Made by a program: the position numbers and the translations under genes. From contig CP089275.1 of the NCBI GenBank assembly GCA_023920165.1, positions 2,666,001 to 2,730,000 on the forward strand: a DNA stretch of 64,000 bases. The letters are read 5' to 3'. This stretch comes from Curvularia clavata. Lineage: Eukaryota. Positions 38,587 to 55,483 of the stretch are shown piece by piece. Under the pieces are notes generated by a model. That model made no database searches. It saw only the letters and a list, made by a program, of their open reading frames with translations, and was not told where the DNA came from. The number at the start of each line of letters is the position of its first letter. Position 1 is the stretch's first letter.

Positions 38587-40990
38587 TTACGAATTTGCCA
38601 CACCAACAACCGTAACCACAGAAGAGATTGTCCACGTAACGGTCAGAATTCCAAGGAGTGGGGTGCAATACCTAAATTTCGTCAGTCAAAATGAAGCTCC
38701 AATGTGGTGTGCGATTCTAAGGACCAAAGGAGAAGATGGAAAAAAAATTACTTACTCGTCTGCCGTGAGGCCAATGAAGCCAAGCCAAAACATCCACTGA
38801 GCAACCCAGAGGAAGAACATGCTAACAATTGCAATCAATGTCAATCTTACCATGCGGCGTTTCGTTTTGCGATTGTCTCTGCTCTTAGTAGGCAGCGTGC
38901 CGTACACCGGGTACGTGCGACCATCACGCATCAACGGCGACGCTTCCAAATCCCAGTCCTTGTCGATCCAGTATTCTGCAATCTTCTCTTCCAGCCATGT
39001 CCATTGCTCAACAAACGGCTCCTTGAGCTGTGCTGCGAGATGCATATCTCTTGGGTTGATGGGTCTGGGGGTTGGAGTCTCGTCCACGGAGAACGATGTA
39101 CTTACATCCCAAAGTGCTTGTATAAGAAGAATAGAAGAAGCAAACACGATGAATACCCATATCAGGGCACCGGCGTACATGAATTTCGCAGACGGTGCGC
39201 TGTCGAGTCTTTCCATGGACTGGCTGTAGAAGTTGTGCTTGTGGCCGTAAGCAACAGTCGTCACAATCGACGAGGCAGAGAGAGCTTGGAGCAGGATTTC
39301 TGATACTACGCTTGCGGCTACGGTGCAGAATGTTGATCGATTGTAGGGGTTTGTGAGGATCAGGGGAACAGTGAGCCAGGTGAATCGCGGCATCGAGCAC
39401 CAGAGAAGTGCGAGGTCGATTATCGACACGTCTTCGTAGCCCGGTGTTGATTGGATTAGCCACGCATTGACAATATTGGCTAGGAAGCAGAGGGCAGCGA
39501 TGGAAATGCCCTTGGGAAACCAGAGAACGCGGTTCAGCGGCCTCGGTGCTGTCGACCTGGCGCCTGGCCTTGATCCAAAGACCGCGGTGAAGAGAGCGGC
39601 AAGATTGGCAAAAATCAGACTCATGCTCTTCCATTCGTTGGAAGCGCATGATGGCTTGAAATCTAGTCCCTCTCGGCCTTTTTCTCCAAGAGCTAGATTG
39701 GAATGACCAGACGAGTTCACGTACCACGTCCATGGAATCAAATCGAGGGGAGTGATCCTAGCTAATCGACGCCAGTGCTCCGGCAACCCGTTCCACCCTT
39801 CCTCAGCTCCGCATAGATTGTGAAGCCAGCGCACGTAGTCTATCCGGGTTTCGAAGATATGGCAAGGTCCGCTGCATGTGTCGTAGTCAATGTTGCGGCA
39901 GAAACATGCCCTGTCCACCGCACGTGTGACTTCGCAATAGCCGTCGGAATCAATTTTGCAGGCATTAGTCGTACATTCTCCATGCAGCTCTACCACGCTT
40001 AGTGGCATTGATCTAAAACATTGAGGCCAGCTCCACGCCTCTGTAGGAATATAGTCGTGAACAGTGGTTTTTAGTCCCCGTGTCCAGTTGCTGGGAAGAG
40101 CATCGGTTCCACACGTGGCACTCATCCACAGCCGTTCCATTGTTGATGATAGACCAGGTCCAACACAGTCTGCTGTGGCAAGACTTGCATCAAATGTCCT
40201 ACAGAAACACTGCTTGTCGAAGTAATTTCCGAATGGGATGTTATGATGTACGAGGTCGTACCCGACAGTCTCGGCGTCTAGTGCTATCATTGAATGCAGT
40301 GATTCACGGTATTCCCACGGTCGAGCGGCGTTTCCTGTATGTCTAGAGTAAGCCTCAAAGCCACACGAAGTCATGATGTGCCCGAATGACTCCATTGACA
40401 TGGGAGAAGTTGATTCCGCAAGACACGTTGGCGCCTTGTTGATGACACTAACACTCGTGTATCCTTTGGATAGTGAGGCTGGAGAGAGCGTTTGTAGCCC
40501 GTTGGTATCGCCAACCTCGACAAGCCATGTCCGGTCCGTCACTGTGCGAATCCACTGATAAACCTGTGCTTTGGCCAGCACCGAACGACTGCAATACGAA
40601 ATGTACTCTTGAACGACTTGAGGGGAAAGCTCTATATTAAGACAACTGAGTTGGGTTCGCCATTGATGACGGGTGCAGATGACTCCAAAGTGCCGCATGC
40701 ATTGCTTTTTTGTGCATTTTGTCATGGCATTCAACCAGGCTGATTGATCCTGTTGGGCAATACACTGAGGCATGGGCGGTAGAGTCTCGGGGTACACCCA
40801 GTCAGGAGGAGAGTCTAGTGGTGCCACCGATGGATCTGTCTTGTTGGCTATAATCTCATTCGGAGGTAGGTCTTCTGCTGTAGCCTTAGCACCGGCAGAA
40901 CTAGAGTTGTACAAAGCGAGAAATACCTTGAATAACATCCTTTCCCACAGCGGCCGCCAGCAACACAAAGAAAGCCGCGCGGATCTTCAT
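38587..40990 (-). CDS. Uncharacterised Cys-rich ectodomain multi-pass membrane protein; 2 introns
   Basis: Signal peptide MKIRAAFFVLLAAAVG is spliced into the 738-aa ORF, which has many Cys and about 6 hydrophobic segments. The last exon reads EYCTPLLGILTVTW... Confidence 0.8.
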
Positions 40991-41635
40991 TTTGCAAAAG
41001 TCTCATCCAAATGTGAGGAAGAGATGCTACGAGGAAGGCTGGCTCAGCTTGATATTGTCAGTTGCGGGGTTGCGGCGCGACGGCGCTAAGGTTGTGTAAC
41101 CGCTCTCGATGCACCGCTAGTGAATTGATTCATTGGCGAGCCATGTCAACTGTTGACGAATAACAAAACCTGTGTCCCATACTTCCAGTCCATGTCACAG
41201 AATGACACGCGTTGTCAGACAGGAAAGAATTACAGGTACAGAAACTGTCAAATCGGGAAAGAAAACATGATATGATGATCCTGCTCTACATGAGACGAGT
41301 GCACCCGACATAGGTGCACGTACAAAAAAAAACCATCTGTCTGTGTATGGAATGGAAGCTGGAACTAACCAGAAACCATTATGAAAAGAGGAGTGTACTG
41401 TGTGAGTGATATTACGCTTTTATGAGCCTGAGTGTAACGTCATGCTTGAGTGCTCGCGGTATTCGGTTCCATTCACAACTAATATTGTTATTAGGCTCTA
41501 ACTGGACATAAACCTGTAGAGGTATCTTCTCGTAAATATTGGCTTGTGCCATGTATGGTGTCGACTAATCATATAAATAATTCTTTACTTTTGCAATAGT
41601 TAAAGGTTAATGGTTTGCTGAAAAGACTACGCAGA

Positions 41636-42603
41636 TCAAGGTAACTCCACCGCAGGCCTTTCTGCAGGCGCCTCTGCCACTCGATTGGCGTCCGATCTAT
41701 ACTTTTCTGTTGCTGGTGCTTCCGCGTAAAGCGGGTTCGAGCTCGTTTCTGCTGCTGCTGGGGCCGAAGGAGCTTCATCTACATGTGACGGTTCGTGCAT
41801 ATTCGCTGCTTTGTACGGATTGTGCTTGTTGTTCTTTCTCCTTCTCCACAGAAAATATCCAACAACACCAAGGAGAGCGAGCCCCCCGACGACGCCTCCG
41901 ACGATACCGCCGATCGCACCACCAGAAATACCCGAGCTACTATCTCCGGTAGGGGTCGACGAGGAAGTTTCTTGAGAGGGACTGGTTGTCGGGCTTGATG
42001 CAGGTGTGCTTTTCGTTGCAGATGGCAGACCAGGAGTGGTCGATGTCAGTGTTGCCAGAGCAGCCAGCTGAACAACATACGAGGAGGCACTTGGTCGAGC
42101 CGATTCGAGAGAGTGAGCGGTTTCGTTGACGGCTGTTTCGTTGAGCGAAGCGATTGGATTTGGCGCGCTACTCCAGCATATGTTGGTCTGATTTTGCCTC
42201 TCGGTACAGTGCTCGCTAATCAATATCAGTTTCTGTAGAGAATAGCAACTGGAGACCGAAGACTATAGACTCACCTTGACTTCAAACAGCAGAAAGTATT
42301 GATTCCCGATCCACAACTCTGCTGGTTGCCTCCGGGTGTTGTGCTGTCTGCTCCGTCGCAGCCATCGCTAGGTGCCCAGCAGACGGCATCCTGAGAACCA
42401 GGGATACAACAGTAATACTTGTCCAGTTTGTCATCATGCGCGCATATATTTGGAGGAGGACAGTCCCATGGTGACCCTGGACATGTCCTGGGCTCGCTCG
42501 CGTTTCCACCGTTGCCAGCGAAAAAGAAATCTGAGAAGCCAGCGGATGTCGTGGATAAGCTGAGCAGCACGAGGCAAGTGTTCTGGAGTGTTTCTCGGAG
42601 CAT
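41636..42603 (-). CDS. Type I cell-surface protein (Cys-rich N-domain, Ser/Thr stalk, GxxxG TM, Mid2-like tail); 1 intron
   Basis: Signal peptide, Cys-rich domain, S/T-rich stalk, then ISGGAIGGIVGGVVGGLALLGVVGYFLWRRRK and C-terminal PAVELP. Confidence 0.85.
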
Positions 42604-43912
42604 GTTGTTACACAATCAGTGCTGGGCTCCAGATGGAGGTTTTTTTGGAATGCGTCAAACGCGTGAACGGGTACTCGTGATATTATCAAGCGCCTCAACG
42701 GTTTGCGGCAGGCAGGAATTATGTACGGGCGACAAGAGCACCAGGCCTCCCACAGTTTGATTAGATCCATGTGCGTAGCCACCAGCGCACTGCCAGGGGC
42801 CAATTGCAGAAAGCCTTCGACATGACCGCTCGGTGGCTTTGGGGGCCAAAAAGTAGCTCATTGGATTAAAGTTAGCCCAAAAGCTTGACTGGAGGACGGA
42901 AATAAAACCGCAGATTCGCGAGTTGCCAAGTCCGTCAAGACAACGGATGCATGTGCCCGTCTAGTGTCTGCCCCTGCACCCCTGCAGATGATTTCTAACC
43001 ATACATCGATGGTGTGCTCACCGCTTTCCCATGCATCAACACATAGGCTGTCTCTCAGATCGGCACAAAGGAAGTGTCAGAATCTGCCACAAGCGTGCCG
43101 AAACCCGCCTCGAGATGTGGCAGTCTCAGTGGCTCAGTGACAGATGTTGCGGCTGTGTCCTGCAACACAGCCAGCGCTAAAGGCCAAGCCCACCCTATTT
43201 CCTGTCTCTCGGGATCTAGTGCATCTGTAGCTTATACTACCATGCATACTGGGGCGCAGGATCCTCCAGATGTTTCAGAATAGCGAGTCCTGGTGTCGTG
43301 TCTAGTCTCGTTCCGGGAAAAGGTAAATTGTGAAGCATCACACCGAATGGAAGCGTTTGGGTATGAATGGGTTGTCATTGTCCTTGGACTCGACTATGTT
43401 CTCAAATCATTTTTCGTCGCATAATGGCAATGTTATTGTTGGATAGAGATATAAATGGCCATGTGGTATGTTGATGAGTGGACGCATGCTGTACTTGTAG
43501 GCGCTGGAGCAATGGTGAAGTGAAGAATGACGTCAAATCCCGTGTTCACGCGTGAAGCGACGCGTTGCCTAATTCGATCGCCTCGACCGCGCGCAGCTAT
43601 GCCCCGCGATCTCTTTGTACCATCGAGATCTCAGGCTCTTCGCATTTAGGTGGAGTGAGGATGAAAGTCCATATCTGCAGATGCGATTCATCATGACATC
43701 AACGCCAAATTCTAGTGTGGGTACCTGCATACTATGATGGCATTCTACTATCAACTCCATCATCAGTCCATGGCAACCTCGTCTGCAATAAAGCCTCGCT
43801 GCTCCATTACACACAAACATATCATCAATTCAACTACATCAATCTTTGCATCTTCATAGCCTATTCACCCCTTTCCCTTTACCACCTTACTCTTCCACAG
43901 TCATACCTCAAT

Positions 43913-44480
43913 ATGCCTCGTATGGTAGCACCTCCACCATCTGGCGAGTTCCAGGTTGTACTCAGTAAACCCTTCAATGGTGAGTCCCTCCTGCTGAGTC
44001 TATTCAAAGACGAAAAAAAACGAGCATATGCTAACGGATGATCGCAGGTGCACCAACACACATGATCGAAGTCATTGGCGAGCCCAACCGCTCCGCCAGC
44101 ATCCGCATGTCCAACTACAACGGCAACAGCAAGTCGTCAGAGAAGAAGGGAGACGTACCTCAGTAAGTGAAAAAGAACCTGCAGCCAACTCTCCAATCAC
44201 CATCAAACTCATTCTCATCTTACCCAGGGACGATGTCCGCGAGCTTATGTCTCTAATCTCCACTCTTCGAGGCTTCCCCTCCCACCCCTCCAAGGATATC
44301 TACGGCCTTGACACCAAGGTTGACTTCAACACCTTCGAGATCCAATGGGGTAACCAGGACGACGACGCAGCCATGGCTGGCGGCGAGGTTGCTGGCGAGC
44401 AAAAGGATGAGTTTAAGAGGATCGTGGACAGCATTGAGGCGCTTGCAAGGCAATTTGCCAAGCAGGATTCGGCCGTCTAG
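43913..44480 (+). CDS. Small uncharacterised protein (about 145 aa); 2 introns
   Basis: MPRMVAPPPSGEFQVVLSKPFN|GAPTHMIEV...DVPQ|DDVRELMSLI... joined by GTGAGT..CTAAC..CAG and GTAAGT..CAG introns. Confidence 0.75.
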
Positions 44481-44831
44481 ACGGATGAGAAGAGGCGTGT
44501 TGGACACATAAACACCAGCACTAATTACGATATAACGACCTAATGAAATATAGGCTGAGAATTTATAAGAACGTCTAGTGCAAATTATGCAGTGACGCAT
44601 CGGGTGCCGTCTCTAGTTGATTCATCTTCCTTCTTGGCAAGGACAATTGCTTTGATTAGTTTTCAGATCTCTCTTCTACATGCTCCAAGAGTAAGACTGC
44701 AACGATCCAATTAGCCGTTCTGGAGGGTACTGGAGGTGTTCACGATACATCAAGCAAACATGGCATATTCGAGAACATATCTAACTGATCAAAACACGGT
44801 GTCATTCTCATCACCATCGTCTCTACCCCCC

Positions 44832-47594
<2,763 letters not shown>

Positions 47595-48298
47595 GTTGTT
47601 TGTTGTATTTCAGAGATCAGATCGGCCCAGCATTCGGGAGAGTTTCGAAATGAATGAAACGAAAATACGGTGCAAACCGAGGCAGAGGGTGTATCCAGTA
47701 GTGGGTATCTTGGATGTCTGTTGTGTTTGCCCAGTTACCCCGGTGAAGTTACGAGGGGCAGATTCAGCCAGGGCCAGCGCGATCGCGTCGGCGCTAGTCC
47801 ATTTCCGTCACACGTGTCTTGTCCCATTAATTCTCCTCTTCCAGTCTAGCAGCACTCCATCATCATCTGGTGCCCGTCGCCCACCAGTCCGCTTCAAATG
47901 GTGCAGACACGCTAGGAGCGCCGTTTGCTAGCTGACATCAAGACCCCATGCGACAATAATCTAATTGAATAACACCGTCTTTCTTCTCATCTCATCAGCT
48001 CAAACATCTTAGTTTGTTGTATAGCCGTCAGTCATCGAATCTCTCTTTGCCTCGCTATGAGCCTTTCAATCTACCAGAGACGGTGCCATGTATCCGTAAG
48101 ATAACCGAGGATAAGAATGCAGCTTGACTGCCTGCTCGATCTAAGCGGGAGCTTTCCGTGCAGTATGAGAGCTAGCCCCGCCAGCACCATCGGTCCTGGT
48201 CATAAACTGACGTAATCGTCCATGTAGCTTGTAACTGCTCATATTCTGTCTGACCCCTCGATTGAATTCCTTAAATCGATTGCTCCGTTATTCACATC

Positions 48299-49302
48299 AT
48301 GGCACCACGTGTATTTCTCATCACTGGCTGCTCCACCGGCTTCGGTGAAGAGCTCGTCAAGGTCGTCCTCCAAAAGGGAGATTACGTTGTCGCTACTGCA
48401 CGCAATTCCTCAAAACTGTCTTTTGAAAATGCCAATGACTCCAACAGTCTGCTTGTGGATCTCGATGTGACGAAAAAGGATTCCATTGACAAAGCTTTTG
48501 AGGCTGCAATTAACAAGTTCAAGCGTGTCGATGTGGTCGTCAATAACGCTGGGTATGGTTTGAATGGTCCATTTGAAACATTATCGGAGAAGCAGATTCG
48601 GCAGCAGATGGAGATTAACTTCTTCGGCCTGATCGATGTGACGAGAAAGGCGATGGAGACTATGCGCGAATTGAAGACTGGAGGTGTCATTCAGCAGGTT
48701 ACCTCTATTGGCGGCCAGATTGGTGAGTGCATTGCTGCCTCCACAGCTGGGGCTATGATTGATAGCAACAGGTGTTCCTAATTTCTCCATCTACTGTGCT
48801 AGCAAATGGGCGGTGGAGGGCTTTACCGAGGCCATCTCCAAGGAAGTGAAGCCCGAGTGGGGTATCAAATTTACATGCATAGAGCCTGGGTAAGTCCTTG
48901 GTGCACACAACACTTGTGGAGCACAAGCTGAATTGGTGTATGCAGTGGGTTCCGGACCGACTGGGCTGGCCGCAGTATGGACTTTGGTGAAATCTCTCAT
49001 CCAGCCTACGCCCATGTCGACCCGAAGAAGCTGGCCCAGGCACGCCATGGCAATCAGCCAGGAGGTGAGTTTACCACGCGCATTGGGCCTTGGTTGTAAG
49101 CTCACGAATTTTTGCAGACCCGGCAAAAGCTGCCAAGGTCTTTTATGATCTAGCAGTCATGGATGATCCGCCCATGCGCTGCGTTGTTGGCACCGATGCG
49201 TACAGCATGATCAGCAAGAAGGTGGAGACGTATAGTGAAAGTATCAAGAAGTTTGACAAGTGGAGCAACAGTACCGACGTCGATGGTTACAAGGCGCAGT
49301 AA
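48299..49302 (+). CDS. Short-chain dehydrogenase/reductase; 3 introns
   Basis: Motifs LITGCSTGFG, VVVNNAGYG, catalytic YCASKWAVEG and IEPG|GFRTDW. Confidence 0.93.
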
Positions 49303-50535
49303 CGAGGGAAAGCACAAGGTCTCGACATGGAGATCGAAGATGTCACGCTTAAACACTGCTGGTGCTAAATGATAAGACCTGTCTTTCAAGTTTCCGTTTA
49401 TCTCCTAGTACTATTACAAACCCAGCCTCTGCTCAACCCTGATGTTGCAACAGATAGAGCCAGTCTCAGACCTTGGAGGATCAATAAGGGACAATAGCAC
49501 GCCTCCGAACCGCAGGCTTTCCCTTTTGGTGACATGAGACCCAAACGTAGGCTTTTGACTGCAAAGCGGCTTACGGTTGGTCGCACATGCAACCTGGTGG
49601 CTGTCGCCACGTTGGGCCCGGTCATGGGGGTCGTCGACGTGCAAACAGAACAAATCATTGACGAACAACACTGCGGTCGCTAGTACTTTCGAGCTAACCG
49701 TCAGCCTCTAGTTGCAGATCGGAGCCAACAGAGCGTGCCACTTCGCTTCTTGGTCAGCCGGATACAGTAATGTTTATTCATATCGATTCGTGTAACGTCT
49801 TACAGAAAACTTCAGTGTGATTCCAGACCACCAAATACTATGCACGTGGCAAGTATCTCCATGAATAAGCTTTAAAGACGATCACTGACATCACCAGAAC
49901 GATTCGAGTGCTCGAGGCGCCAATTGCATCGCGCATTGGTTGAAGTGAGGATATTTCAAAAGTTTGAACGCGCACATGACCCTGCAGAGCCGGGGCACTC
50001 TTGGAAAAGAGCATGCAGTTGTTCGAAGCAGGAATGACGCAGACAATATTGCACGACTCTTCGATGCACCCAACCAATATTGATTGCTATTGCATGTTCC
50101 GCTCAATCTGCTTCCTCGCATCCATGGATACCCTGTAAGATGAATTCTGGGAGGATGTCAACGGCCTCCAGGCTTTTGCACAATTTAGGAACACCATTTA
50201 GCTCATGGATTTGGAAGTCCTCGGCATGGGGAGTCTTAGAACGTGCACAGGCTTTGCCTAGAGGTTCGCACAAGACCATGCCCAACCGATCTGCTTGATT
50301 ATTGCACAAAGCTTACAGCCGGCTTCATTCCCAAGAAACAAACAGGTCACGACAGTATTCACCGCTGTTTCCGTGGTGAAGTACGATTACAAGTCTCGGC
50401 ATTAGCGGTCAGATGTGGTCGCAAACGAAGAGAACTCAATGATACGCATAGTCGCTGACGTGTTCCTCTCACTACTTTTATATAAACTGCAACTACCCTT
50501 CTCGGAATTTTCTGATTGCTGGAGACTCTAGAACC

Positions 50536-51819
50536 ATGGTTTGGGACTCGGATCTTGCAAGATTTTCCACCACTCTGCTCAGCGCTTTGTTCATCACTAG
50601 CGCTAGCTTTGTGCCATTCATTACAATCAAGAACGCGGTTGCAAGTCCGCTTTTAACCCCGCCGCCGACACCTTACTACGCCGGGCCAGAACCACATACT
50701 CTGCCAAATACACAGGCTGGCTCTCCACCACCGGATGGTCTCTATCCCGACCCTGAACCATGTCGTGGAAACTGTTCCTGGATTCATGATCCTAGTGTCT
50801 GGTACGAAAATGGAACGTACTGGCGTTTCTCCACTAGCGGCAACATTGCCATTGCTACAGCACCCTCGCTAGGGGGACCCTGGCGCTACCAGGGGGCTCT
50901 GTTGCATAACGGGACTGATATATATGTGACCGACGGACAGGACATCTGGGTGAGTGTGATCGATTGATATTTGGAAAATGCTGCGTATCCGAGGAACTTC
51001 TCTCACAATCACACCCAGGCTCCATCAGTGACTAAGCGAGGCAATACCTACTACTGCCACTACTCAGTTTCCGAGATAGGGCTTCAAAACTCATCCATTG
51101 GTGTCGCCACATCACTCTCACTCTCACCAGGCAGCTGGCAAGATCACGGCAGCATCGGCCTCCCTCTTTCTGACAAATATAACCTCATTGACCCCTTTGT
51201 TTATCAAGAATCACCAGGAAGGCCCATTTACTTCTCGTTTGGCTCTTTCTGGAATGGCATATTCCAAGTGGATCTCGAACCCCACGACGACATGAAGGCG
51301 TTTGGAGGCTGGGCTTTTCAGAACAATCGCATCAACAACATTATACGCAACGGCACAGCGGACGCGTTAGTAGCCGAGGGCGCGATAATGTACAAGGAGA
51401 AGGAGTTTTATTACATATTTTACAGTGTTGGATTTTGCTGCCGCACGCCAGAGAGCGGCCTTGCTCCCGACGACCAAGTATACCGCGTTGTCGTCTGCCG
51501 CGCAGAGACACCCAAAGGCCCGTTTTACGACCGTGAGGGCAAGGATTGCTTAGAAGAGGATGGAGGGACGACAATTCTTGCTAGTCATGGAGACGTATAC
51601 GCACCAGGCGGACAGGGCGTCATGGTACACCCGGAGAACGGCAGGACGGTAATGTATTATCACTACGGTAAGGCGCAAACGGGGACTTGGACATTGGTTG
51701 TATCATTTCTGACTGTCGTCTTAGTTCGTCCCAGTGTTGGCTATGAAGCTGAAGATTTTTTCTTTGGATACAACTACCTCGACTGGGAGAATGGATGGCC
51801 AGTCGTTGTGGCTGCCTAA
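50536..51819 (+). CDS. Secreted GH43 endo-1,5-alpha-L-arabinanase-like enzyme; 2 introns
   Basis: Motifs CRGNCSWIHDPSV, DIW|APSV, YNLIDPF, FGSFWNGIF, EGAIMY, HGDVYAPGGQGV and GWPVV. TATA near 50479. Confidence 0.9.
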
Positions 51820-52659
51820 GGGTGGCATGTCGCAGTGAGGTTGCACATTGGTTTTCCAAGTTGCAGATGCCTTTGGTTGAGGCATTGCAACAGCAACAGC
51901 AAGCTAAATGGTTCTTTTGAATATTGGGGGACGTCTGGCATAAAAAAAAGATCATCTTTCATTGGTGTTAAGCGTGGGACTCGGATGCCGCTGGATTTTG
52001 GTTTTCATAGAGGAGCTATTCTTCTATTGCGCAATCAAGCTCGCCGAAGGCTTTCGGTGGCTTTACTGGCAGCGGAGTTCGAATAAGACTAATGCATGTT
52101 ATTTTTGTCCTTTTTTTTTCCCATCGTATAAGTAGTGATGCATGTTCACTCCGTACTCGTAAGCTATGCAAGGATCTGAATCGTGTCGGGAAGCACTTTT
52201 GCCTGGGTCTTGAGCTTCCTGCAATGCTCTTCTGAGCAGCGATACCGTGGCACAAGCCAAACACTAATGACAAATGCGTGCTGTGATCCCTCGTCATGGC
52301 TTTTTTTGGTAACTTAAGGCAAGCAGTGGTTTGGGGAGGGGGCGGTCATAGTCCCACGAAATAGGCCTAGTGAGGGGTGACGTCACTCGTTTTCCCGTTG
52401 TTGCCGAAAGATCGCACCACCCTTGCGCCCTGTTCTATCATGTCTGCGTGCCAGATGCGGAAACACGATGATGATTACAGGTTTGTTCACCCCTGCATGC
52501 CAGTGCAAGGCCTGCGCATACAATTGACGCTTGCTCCACCGCCTCTGCCACACGCCTCACTTCTCAGCCTCTTCCCCCTCCAAGCCACTCCTCTGCCACT
52601 GCTACATACTCCTGCTCCCGACGATTGCTGATTGCTGATTGCTGCACACGGCCGGCATC

Positions 52660-55244
52660 ATGTCCAAGGAAAAGGGTCTTAAGAAGCTCTTCCATCCTTT
52701 CGACCATCGTGTCTCGGAGAAGGTTGAGGAAATCGAGCAGAAACTCGAACACACCAAACTGAGAGGGGCGCATATCAAGGCCGTGCACCTCAAGCACAAG
52801 GTCGGAAAGTTCACCAATCTCTTCAACTCCAACCACCGCCATGACGAGGAGCATGAGAAAGAGACGGATGCCAAGAGAAGCAGGATCGCCGAGAGCCACC
52901 GCTTCCAGAGCTTTGCGCCTGAGAGAGACGGCAACCTGGTGAAATGGTACGTTGACGGCCGAGACTACTTCTGGGCTGTTGCCGAAGCCTTGGAGAAGGC
53001 ACAGGAGACCATATACATTGCAGACTGGTGGCTCAGCCCAGAGCTGTTTCTGAAGCGGCCGCCTTTCTACAACCAGGAGTACAGGCTGGACCAAGTGCTC
53101 AAGCGACGCGCCCAGGCGGGCGTCAAGATTTACATTTCCGTGTACAAGGAGGTAAGCATAGTCATGGCCTTCGTCCGGTCGATTGCTCACATATGGCGCA
53201 GGTTTCTGCTGCTCTCACCTGTAACAGCCAGCATACCAAGAAGGCGCTCATGGGTCTTATCAAAGAGGGCGAGCCTGGCTATGGGAACATCAAGGTAATG
53301 CGACACCCTGATCACAACGTCTTTGAAAATGCCGCGGACATGACTTTCTACTGGGCCCACCACGAGAAGTTCATCGTCATTGATTATGCCATGGCCTTCA
53401 TCGGTGGGCTGGACCTGTGCTATGGCCGATGGGACGAGAAGCAACACCCGCTGTCTGACGCGCATCCCTCTGGTGTACAGAACCAAATTTTCCCTGGCCA
53501 AGACTACAACAACAACCGCATCATGGACTTCCAAAGTGTCGACGACTGGAAATCAAACAAGCTGGACAAGCTGGAATATGGCCGTATGCCCTGGCACGAC
53601 GTCGCCATGGGAATCATAGGGCCGGCCATCTATGACATTGCCGAGCACTTTGTCCTGCGATGGAATTTTGTGAAGCGTGAAAAGTATAAGCGTGATGAAC
53701 GATATGACTGGCTCACCATGGAAGGACGCGAAGGCGCTGATGAAGACCTGATTGGAGTCCAGCGGCCCAAATTCCCTGTCGGCGACTATATACACCATCC
53801 CATCACGCACCTCAGCAGCAAGAATCTTGAGAACCGTGGAACTGTGCACGCACAGCTTGTGAGGAGCAGCGCTGACTGGAGCATGGGTATCGAGCCTCAC
53901 GAGCAAAGCATCCAGAACGCCTATTGCGAGATTATCCGCAATGCCCAACATTTTGTGTATATTGAGAACCAGTTCTTCATCACGGCGACTGGCAAGCATG
54001 ATGAAAATCCAGTTCACAATCAGATCGGAGCCGCCATAGTCGATGCCATTGTCAAGGCTGCTAAGGAAGAACGCAATTTCCGAATCATTATTCTCATCCC
54101 AGCTATCCCTGGGTTTGCAGGAGATTTGCGAGATCAGGCTGCGGCTGGAACACGAGCCATCATGGACTACCAATTCAAGAGTATCTGCAGAGGTGACGAA
54201 AGCATCTACGGAAAGGTCAGGGCTGCTGGTGTTGACCCCGAAAAGTACATTTTCTTTTTCAATCTTCGCTCGTACGATCGCATCAATGTCACGCCCCGAA
54301 TCAAGGAGCTCGAGAAGAAATCCGGCATGTCCTACATGGAAATGGAGAGTGCTGAGATCGACGAGCTCGAAGCATCGCCTGAAGAGGGCGGAGAGGAGAA
54401 GCGACGAGTGGCTGCTGAGATGAGGAAGAAGTACATGGATGACGCCGACGACCTTGGAAAAGGTGACCAAGGCGGTGTCATTGATCCAGATTCCATTGCC
54501 GACGATGCCATGCTTACCGAGAAGAAGCCCAGCGACGAAGACTGGGCGGGCGAGCCTGAAGACGAGAAGAAGTATTTTTTCCAGGAAGAGCTCTATATTC
54601 ATGCCAAGCTCTGCATCGTCGACGACAGGACTGTGATCTGCGGCTCCTCCAATATCAATGATCGTTCCCAGTTGGGTTTCCATGATTCAGAACTCTCCGT
54701 TGTTCTACAAGACATGGATGAAATTGATATCCAGCTTGACGGCAAGCCATTCAAGGCAGCTCGTCTCGCTCACGAACTGCGCAGTAACCTGTGGCGCGAG
54801 CATCTTGGTCTTCTGCCACCGCAAAGCCTCAACGCTAGCGATGACCCCAACGCCCAGCCCCCCGGCGAAAACTCACGAAACGACACAATGCCCGGGCCTG
54901 AAGCAGACTTTGTCTCTGATGCGCTGTGTCCGAAGCTCTGGGACGAGTGGTGCCAGCGTGCCACGACTAACACGGAGGTGTTTAGGGATCTGTTCCACGC
55001 CGACCCCGATGACAACATCCTGACATTCGAGGACTATGACTCGTTCACACCAAACCCCAACTCGGATAAACAGCACAAGCAGGGCCACCTCTATGATCTG
55101 GACCGCCCGGTGCAAGAGGTCCGAAAGGAGCTAGATCGCATCAAGGGCCATTTGGTGTGGATGCAGTTGAAGTTTTTGGAGAATGCGGATATGGCTGAGC
55201 GGGGGTTGCAGGTCAATTCCTTCACTGAGAGTGTGTACACGTGA
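52660..55244 (+). CDS. Phospholipase D (two HKD motifs, no evident PX/PH domain); intron 53152-53201
   Basis: Motifs KWYVDGRDYF, IYIADWWLSPE, HHEKFIVID, RMPWHDV, YIENQFF and YIHAKLCIVDD...GSSNINDRS. Confidence 0.95.
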
Positions 55245-55483
55245 TGTTTTTCGTTGCGTAGGATTGGGTGTACTCCTTATGTTACGGTTTCATGATTCAC
55301 TTGATTTCTTTGTTTATTTTTTTCCTAGCCACTAATTGCTACGATTACGATGTCCTGAAAGTAATAGATTTTTTTGGGTATCATTGAAAGGAGTAGCCGA
55401 AAACTGAGTTCAAGGCCCCACGACACGAGAAAGAATTGAATCCAGACTTGGTCAACGACCATTCATTTCTGTTGATAAGAGTT

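Noticed and set aside
49400..50460. Short ORFs between the SDR and GH43 genes (possible relic gene)
   Set aside because: I recognised no protein motif or transposon hallmark.
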